From: Candidatus Bathyarchaeia archaeon
GTDB taxonomy: Archaea; Thermoproteota; Bathyarchaeia; Bathyarchaeales; Bathycorpusculaceae
DNA: 64,000 nt
Reading direction: 5' to 3'
Assembly (NCBI GenBank): GCA_049512935.1
Contig: JBEKWR010000002.1
Span: 96,001 to 160,000, forward strand
Positions within the stretch are counted from its first letter, which is position 1. Each line of letters begins with the position of its first letter. The position numbers and the translations under genes were made by a program. The notes under the pieces were generated by a model. The model made no database searches. It saw nothing but the letters and a program-made list of their open reading frames with translations, and had not been told where the DNA came from. Positions 58,038 to 64,000 of the stretch are shown piece after piece.

Positions 58038-58262
58038 ATGCGAGACTTCGACGTAGTTCTCTTGGAAGATGAAACGGGCGGGTACGTAGCTATAGTGCCT
58101 GCTCTGCCTGGATGTCATACGCAAGGCGACACGTTAGCGGAAGTTATGGAAAACGTGAAAGAAGCTATTGACCTTTATTGGGAAACGTTAACTGCGCAAG
58201 AGAAGAAGGATTTGCTGAAAGAAAAATTCGTTGGCATACAAAAAGTGAAAGCGCTTGCCTAA
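58038..58262 (+). CDS. hicB: HicB antitoxin
   Basis: GGYVAIVPALPGCHTQGDT...EAI. Confidence 0.88.
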   Translation: MRDFDVVLLEDETGGYVAIVPALPGCHTQGDTLAEVMENVKEAIDLYWETLTAQEKKDLLKEKFVGIQKVKALA

Positions 58263-58488
58263 AATTCCGCCGATAAATTCTTTGAAGTTAATAAAAATTC
58301 TGGAGCACGAGGGCTTCAAAGTTATCCGTCAGAAAGGCTCACACGTTATCCTGATTAACCAGGAAAAAACAAGAATAGTAGTTCCATTGCATCCTGGAAA
58401 AGATATTAAGCCTGGACTTTACAGAGCAATACTACGGGAAGCGGGGATAAATCGCGAAAAATTCCTTAAACTTTTGAGGGAGAAATAA
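58255..58488 (+). CDS. hicA: HicA toxin
   Basis: RQKGSH, VVPLHPGKDI. Confidence 0.88.
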   Translation: MPKIPPINSLKLIKILEHEGFKVIRQKGSHVILINQEKTRIVVPLHPGKDIKPGLYRAILREAGINREKFLKLLREK

Positions 58489-58490
58489 AC

Positions 58491-59969
58491 ATGCAAACAA
58501 ACATTTGTTTTTTTAACACGTTAACCCGCAAAAAGGAAGCTTTTGAGCCGTTGGAAACTGGAAAAGTGAAGATGTACACTTGCGGCCCCACGGTTTATGA
58601 TTATGCGCACATCGGGAATTTTCGGGCTTTCCTTTTTGAAGATTTGCTTAAACGTTGGCTTGTCTACCGCGGGTTTGAGGTTACGCACGTGATGAACCTG
58701 ACTGACGTGGATGACAAGACGATTAAGGGCAGTCAGAAGCAGGGTTTGCCTCTTAGGCAGTTCACCGACTTTTACGTCAAGGCGTTCTTTGAAGACATCA
58801 AGGCGCTGAACATTCAGCCAGCCGACGTTTACCCGAGAGCCACCGACCATGTTCCCGAAATGGTTGCGTTAATCAAGACTTTGATGGCTAAGGGCTACGC
58901 TTACCGAGGCGAAGACGGCTCAATCTACTACGCCGTGTGCAAGTTCCCAGAGTATGGGAAACTCTCAAAAATCAAGACTGACGAGCTTAAGGCGGGCGCG
59001 CGGGTTTGCCAAGACGAGTACACCAAAGAGGAGGCTCAGGACTTCGCTTTGTGGAAGGCTTGGACGCCTGAAGACGGCGATGCTTACTGGGAAACTGAGC
59101 TTGGAAAGGGCAGGCCAGGCTGGCACATAGAGTGCTCGGCGATGTCGATGAAGTACCTGGGCGAAACCTTTGACATTCACTGCGGCGGCGTAGACAACAT
59201 GTTCCCGCACCATGAGAACGAGATTGCGCAGAGCGAGGCGGCTACGGGCAAAAAATTTGTCAACTACTGGTTGCACAATGAGCATTTGCAGGTTGAAGGC
59301 AAAAAAATGTCCAAGCGGTTCGGAAACTTCTACACGCTCCGAGACCTCTTAGCGAAAGGGTATGACCCGATTGCAATTCGGTACCTGCTGATGTCCACGC
59401 ATTATCGGCAGCAGTTCAACTTCACGTTTGACGGGTTAGAATCTGCGAAAGGAGCCGTGGATAGGCTGCGGAATTTTGTTCGGCGCCTGCACGAGATTGA
59501 AGGCGTCAAAGACAGCAAGGGAACAGTCGCCACGTTAACAGCTAAGCTGGAAGCATGCTTCGGCGGGTCAATGGACATGGACCTTGACATTGGGACGGCA
59601 CTCGCTTCACTTTTCGATTTCGTTCGGGAAATAAACAACTTGCTTGACGCCAACATGGTTAGCAAGCAGGAGGCGGCTGACGTCGGCGGGTTAATGATGC
59701 GGTTAGACGAGGTTTTAGGCGTTATCGGCAAAGTAGAAGTATCCCATCATTATGATAGGCATATTACCGAAAGTTTGACCTTAACTTACCGCATCGAAGC
59801 TGAAGAAGTCTTGCCGCCAGACATTGATGTATTGGTGCAGAAGCGTGAGGAAGCCCGAAAAGCCAAGAATTGGAAAGAAGCTGACGCAATAAGAGCGCAA
59901 CTTAAGGCGATGGGTATCGTGCTTGAGGACACGGCGCAAGGCGTAAGGTGGCACAAGGAAAAAGCCTAA
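58491..59969 (+). CDS. cysS: Cysteinyl-tRNA synthetase
   Basis: CGPTVY, HIGN, GRPGWHIECSAM, KMSK. Confidence 0.97.
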   Translation: MQTNICFFNTLTRKKEAFEPLETGKVKMYTCGPTVYDYAHIGNFRAFLFEDLLKRWLVYRGFEVTHVMNLTDVDDKTIKGSQKQGLPLRQFTDFYVKAFFEDIKALNIQPADVYPRATDHVPEMVALIKTLMAKGYAYRGEDGSIYYAVCKFPEYGKLSKIKTDELKAGARVCQDEYTKEEAQDFALWKAWTPEDGDAYWETELGKGRPGWHIECSAMSMKYLGETFDIHCGGVDNMFPHHENEIAQSEAATGKKFVNYWLHNEHLQVEGKKMSKRFGNFYTLRDLLAKGYDPIAIRYLLMSTHYRQQFNFTFDGLESAKGAVDRLRNFVRRLHEIEGVKDSKGTVATLTAKLEACFGGSMDMDLDIGTALASLFDFVREINNLLDANMVSKQEAADVGGLMMRLDEVLGVIGKVEVSHHYDRHITESLTLTYRIEAEEVLPPDIDVLVQKREEARKAKNWKEADAIRAQLKAMGIVLEDTAQGVRWHKEKA

Positions 59970-60751
59970 GCGATTTTGCCCTTGAAAACCCACTCTTTGG
60001 TCGCATACTTCTCTTTGCACAAACGCTCGGCAAGCTCCACTTCGTCAGAAGTCAACTCACCTGGTTCCAGCTTGACGTTCAAAACCGACCTGAAACCCTC
60101 AGCCAAAACGTCCGCAACCCTTTCAGGCGCAACAGAGTGCCCTAACTCGTTTTCTACACTGGTGATTTTGCGTTTGGCGATGTCTGCGGCTTGGGTACAG
60201 CTTGCGTTTTTCAGTTTCAGCAGCGTGAACATTTTGGGCAAATCGACGCTTCGCAGAACCGTGCCATGCTGGAGAACGACGCCGCGGGTTATGGCTTGGC
60301 TGCTTCCCGAGATTTTCTTGCCCTTAACCGTCATGTTGGGGCAGTTTTTGGCGTCGCCCGTGCTAAAGTCGGCTGCTATTCCGAGAAGCCTTAGCGCTCC
60401 TTTTATGGCTTCGTAGATTTTCGCGTAAACAACAGTTATGTCTCCGGTGCCGAACGCTTCGGTTTTGGCGGTTACGCTGTAGGTAACTTCGCCCTCATAG
60501 TCGTGATAAACGGTGCCGCCGCCGCTCATCCGCCTGACCACATCGACGCCCAGCCGCCTGCAAGCGTCAAGGTAAACTTCGGCTTCAGGGTTCTGGTTCT
60601 TGCCAACGCTCACGGCGGAGGGCTGCCAACGGTAAAAACGCAGGGTGTTCGGCACCTGTTCTTCGATTCGGGCAGTCAGGATTGCCTCGTCAATCGCCAT
60701 GTTCATGAATGCGTTGCTAGTTTGCAACGATATTAACCGCCAGATATCCAT
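59966..60751 (-). CDS. lplA: Lipoate-protein ligase A family
   Basis: NMAIDE, RRMSGGGTVYHD, KKISGSSQ, LQHG. Confidence 0.88.
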   Translation of the reverse strand: MDIWRLISLQTSNAFMNMAIDEAILTARIEEQVPNTLRFYRWQPSAVSVGKNQNPEAEVYLDACRRLGVDVVRRMSGGGTVYHDYEGEVTYSVTAKTEAFGTGDITVVYAKIYEAIKGALRLLGIAADFSTGDAKNCPNMTVKGKKISGSSQAITRGVVLQHGTVLRSVDLPKMFTLLKLKNASCTQAADIAKRKITSVENELGHSVAPERVADVLAEGFRSVLNVKLEPGELTSDEVELAERLCKEKYATKEWVFKGKIA

Positions 60752-60874
60752 GATCTTCGAAGCCTTTCTTGAATGAAATTGCGTTTTGCCTAAAAACCTT
60801 GTGCGAACAGTAAAGATTTTGATGGAGATAAATTCATATTCAAGCTTAGATTAAGGTATGGCGAGGGTTACTGC

Positions 60875-61108
60875 ATGGTTGCTCGTAAATTCACCGTTTT
60901 GCTTGAACCTGCCGAGGAAGGCGGTTTCGTCGTAAAGTGCGTAGAGCTTCCAGTTGCAAGTCAAGGGGAAAACAAGAAAGAAGCCTTAAGCAACATCAAG
61001 GAAGCCATCGAGGGTTATCTTGAGGTTAAAGCTGAGCTTCTTGACCGTAAAACTAAGGGTGAAAAGGCTGAAGTAATTGTCGAAGCTCCCTCTGCTCTCA
61101 TGGCGTGA
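60875..61108 (+). CDS. hicB: HicB antitoxin
   Basis: EEGGFVVKCVELPVASQGE...EAI. Confidence 0.82.
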   Translation: MVARKFTVLLEPAEEGGFVVKCVELPVASQGENKKEALSNIKEAIEGYLEVKAELLDRKTKGEKAEVIVEAPSALMA

Positions 61109-61295
61109 AGTCGTCAAAGCTCTAAGAAAAGCTGGCTTCCAAATAGAGCGACAAAGAGGCAGCCATTTAATTCTTGTCAAAGATGAATTAATAGTACCTG
61201 TTCCTAAGCAGAAACAACTGAAGAGAGGGCTGCTTATGGCAATTATAGAAGAGGCTGGTTTAACAAAGGAAGAATTCCAAAAGCTTCTAAAATAG
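61077..61295 (+). CDS. hicA: HicA toxin
   Basis: RQRGSH, VPVP...LKRGLL. Confidence 0.85.
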   Translation: MSKLPLLSWREVVKALRKAGFQIERQRGSHLILVKDELIVPVPKQKQLKRGLLMAIIEEAGLTKEEFQKLLK

Positions 61296-61362
61296 GCTGA
61301 CAGCACCACAGATAAAGGCTTAAAACCTGAACTTGCATTTTAAAGGGCAAGAGGCAAAGTAA

Positions 61363-62244
61363 TTGAAGGTTATCTGTGGTCCAGCGTCTAAAGAGCTTGC
61401 TGAGCGGGTTTCAGCGTTAACTGGCTTTGGAAACGTTCCCGTATCACCTAAGATTTTTCCAGACGGGGAATCTTACGTCCGATTGGAAGGCAATGTGCAG
61501 GGCGAAAACGTTGCGATTGTGCAAACCACGTGCCCTCCTGCTCAGGATGGGCGGCTTTTCCAGTTGGCGTTCATGGCTGACGCGGCAAAGCGCGGCGGCG
61601 CCAAGAAAGTCACGGCTGTTGTGCCGTATTTGGCTTATGCTCGTCAGGACAAGATGTTCCTTGCAGGCGAAGGCATCAGCGTTGAAACCGTGGCGCGAAT
61701 GCTCAAAGCCGCGGGAATCGACGAGCTCTTAACCGTTAACATTCACTCGGAACCCGCTCTCAAGCAGTTTCCGTTTCCAGCCAAAACCCTAAGCGCAATA
61801 CCGCTGCTCGCCGAGCATTTTGTGCAAAAGGGCTACGGGGGCGCGTTCGCTCTTTCCCCCGACAAGGGCGCCATGTACATTGCCGCACAGGCGCAGAAGG
61901 TTTTAGGCGGCGAAGCTGGACACCTGGACAAGCACCGTGACCGATACACGGGGCAAACAGTGCAGACGGCTGAGGGCTTAAACGTAAAGGGTCAAACCGT
62001 CATAATCTTCGACGACATCATCAGCACAGGCGGCACCATCGTGGGGGCAGCAAAAATCCTCCGTGAACAAGGAGCCAAACACGTTTTCTGCGCTTGCGTG
62101 CACGGCTTGCTCATCGGCGACGCTGAAAAACGCATTCTTGACGCGGGCGTCGAGGAAATCGTGGGCACCGACAGCGTACCGGGAAGCGTCAGCAAGGTTT
62201 CGTTGGCGCCGCTACTCAGCCAGGAACTTAAGGCGCAAAACTAG
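61363..62244 (+). CDS. prs: Ribose-phosphate pyrophosphokinase
   Basis: FPDGE, PYLAYARQD, DDIISTGGT. Confidence 0.95.
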   Translation: MKVICGPASKELAERVSALTGFGNVPVSPKIFPDGESYVRLEGNVQGENVAIVQTTCPPAQDGRLFQLAFMADAAKRGGAKKVTAVVPYLAYARQDKMFLAGEGISVETVARMLKAAGIDELLTVNIHSEPALKQFPFPAKTLSAIPLLAEHFVQKGYGGAFALSPDKGAMYIAAQAQKVLGGEAGHLDKHRDRYTGQTVQTAEGLNVKGQTVIIFDDIISTGGTIVGAAKILREQGAKHVFCACVHGLLIGDAEKRILDAGVEEIVGTDSVPGSVSKVSLAPLLSQELKAQN

Positions 62245-63293
62245 TGGCAAAAATCTTTTTTCTCTTGTCAGGCGAAAGCGAGTCGCTTCCCGCAGCGGAA
62301 GTTAAGGCGATACTGGAAGCCGAAGGCTACGGCTACGAGAACCCCCAAGTTTTGGACCAGACCCTGCGTTTGGAAGCAGAGGTTGGCTGCGTCAAGGCTG
62401 TGCAGGTGCGAGCCGCTTTTACCAGGCTGTGCGCCCTTGAGGTTTTCACTTCAGAAGCGACAGAAACCGCCGCCATCGAAGCCGCGAGCAACGCCGACCT
62501 CCAAGCCGTCCTGAAAGCGGGCGAAAGCTTTTCGGTGCGGATTAACCGCATAAAAAACTACGCTGACCAAGCCATCAACACCATGCGGCTGGAGGGCAAA
62601 CTGGGCAAAGCGATACTTACGAGTGCTCCCGAAGCCAAAGTAAACTTGAAGTGCCCAGACAAAACCTTCATCGGCATAGTCACCGAGGAAAAACTTGTCT
62701 TCGGCTTAAAACTCACTGAAATCCAGAGCCGAACCTTCTCCGAGCGCAGACCACGCAAAAAACCCTTCTTCCACCCGTCAGCCATGCCTTCTAAGCTTGC
62801 CCGCTGCATGGTGAATCTGGCGCATGCGAAAGCGGAGAGCCTTCTGCTTGACCCGTTCTGCGGCACAGGAACTTCGCTTATTGAAGCCACCTACATCGGC
62901 TGCCACGCGGTGGGCGTTGATGCCCAGAAACGAATGATTATGGGAACAAGAAAAAACCTGCATTTCTTCAACATCGCTGCCGAAGGACTGGTTCTAGCTG
63001 ACGCCCGCCAACTACCCCTCACAAAGGTTGACTGCGTGGTCACCGACCCGCCGTATGGCCGCTCATCAAGCACTCTCAAGTCGACAACTAAGCAACTGGT
63101 GAAAGAAGTCTTGGCTTCAACGCATGGCCTGCTGGGGGTGGGGCAACGGATTTGTATTGCTTCTCCTAAAACATTAAACATTAAAGCGTTAGGCGTCGCC
63201 TTGGGCTACAGGCATGTAGAATCCCACTTCGCCTACGTGCACAGAACCTTAACAAGGGAAATCGCAGTGTTCGAAAAGGTGCAAAACAAGTGA
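62244..63293 (+). CDS. THUMP-domain tRNA m2G10 methyltransferase (Trm11-like)
   Basis: RPRKKPFFHP, LDPFCGTG, TDPPYG. Confidence 0.88.
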   Translation: MAKIFFLLSGESESLPAAEVKAILEAEGYGYENPQVLDQTLRLEAEVGCVKAVQVRAAFTRLCALEVFTSEATETAAIEAASNADLQAVLKAGESFSVRINRIKNYADQAINTMRLEGKLGKAILTSAPEAKVNLKCPDKTFIGIVTEEKLVFGLKLTEIQSRTFSERRPRKKPFFHPSAMPSKLARCMVNLAHAKAESLLLDPFCGTGTSLIEATYIGCHAVGVDAQKRMIMGTRKNLHFFNIAAEGLVLADARQLPLTKVDCVVTDPPYGRSSSTLKSTTKQLVKEVLASTHGLLGVGQRICIASPKTLNIKALGVALGYRHVESHFAYVHRTLTREIAVFEKVQNK

Positions 63294-64000
63294 GTCTCCG
63301 CGTGGTCTTCCTGGGAACAAGCGGCAGCGTGCCAACATTGAAGCGGAGCTTGCCGTCAGTGGTTATCGACTGCCCACGCCAACTCTGGATGTTTGACTGT
63401 GGAGAAAACACTCAGCGGCAGATGATGCAGTCAAAAGTAAGCTTCCACAAAAAACTAAAAGTCTTCCTGACCCACCTGCACGGCGACCACGTACTCGGGT
63501 TGCCCGGCGTTTTGCAGACGATGGCGCTGATGGACCGCAAAGAACCCGTACAGGTTTACGGACCAGTGGGAATCAAGGATTTTCTTGTCTGCACCAAAGA
63601 AACACTCAATTTCGGCTTAACCTTCCCAGTGGAAATCAACGAAATCCTAAGCGAAGGCACCCTCGTGGACGAGGAACACTACAGCCTCGTCGCAGCCAAG
63701 TCAAACCACGCCGTTGAAAGCTACGCTTACGCTTTTGTTGAAAAGCCGCGTCCGGGAAGGTTCTACCCGAAAAAAGCCCAAGCGCTCGGGATTCCAGTCG
63801 GCGAAATGTGGTCAAAGCTTCAAAGCGGCAACACAATAAAGCTTCCAGACGGCAAAGTTGTGAAACCAAGCGATGTGATGGGTCCACCTCGGTCGGGACG
63901 CAAAATCGTCTACACGGGCGACACGGGACCTTTCGACGGGTTTGCCGAGTTTGCGGCTGACGCTGACCTAGTGATTCACGAGAGCACCTTTGACGATACC
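63290..64000 (+). CDS. rnz: Ribonuclease Z, 3' end outside window (not in ORF track)
   Basis: Manual translation MSLRVVFLGTSGSVP...MFDCGE...FLTHLHGDH...YTGDT...LVIHESTF. Confidence 0.93.
   Translation, partial: MSLRVVFLGTSGSVPTLKRSLPSVVIDCPRQLWMFDCGENTQRQMMQSKVSFHKKLKVFLTHLHGDHVLGLPGVLQTMALMDRKEPVQVYGPVGIKDFLVCTKETLNFGLTFPVEINEILSEGTLVDEEHYSLVAAKSNHAVESYAYAFVEKPRPGRFYPKKAQALGIPVGEMWSKLQSGNTIKLPDGKVVKPSDVMGPPRSGRKIVYTGDTGPFDGFAEFAADADLVIHESTFDDT

Noticed and set aside
1-64000. CRISPR array or cas genes
   Set aside because: No regularly spaced 24-40 bp repeats seen; the 4-Cys nuclease is fused to UvrD and is not a standalone Cas4

Overview
Archaeal chromosomal window, most consistent with Bathyarchaeia (inference from TrmB/wHTH/double-Lrp regulators, deoxyhypusine synthase, PEF-CTERM-like surface proteins, archaeal tRNAs and frequent TTG/GTG starts). 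The left part (<1-28452) is an integrated defence island. It is bounded on the right by a tyrosine integrase whose 3' end reads through an imperfect copy of the 3' end of tRNA-Gln. It carries a complete type-1-like BREX operon (brxA-like, brxB, pglX, brxC, pglZ, brxL). Upstream of BREX lie a second brxA paralogue, a Zn-ribbon micro-protein, a PAPS-reductase-family gene and a divergent HTH/RHH protein. Downstream lie an ABC/AAA ATPase + PIN pair, a UvrD-nuclease fusion, an HNH-like protein, a DUF6946-like nuclease and a class III ribonucleotide reductase pair (nrdG-nrdD, the latter missed by the ORF track). A second 4.6-kb regulator-rich islet lies between the att copy and the intact tRNA-Gln(CUG). 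The right half is mostly core genome: dhs, aguB/aguA, metE-like, thiI-like, corrinoid salvage/uptake, mtaB, cysS, lplA, prs, trm11 and rnz. It also holds tRNA-Arg(UCU), a 5'-disrupted tRNA-Arg(CCU), two hicBA pairs, a thioester-domain surface protein and an unexplained structured intergenic RNA with a bulge-helix-bulge-like motif. All family assignments come from motif recognition by eye; no searches were run.
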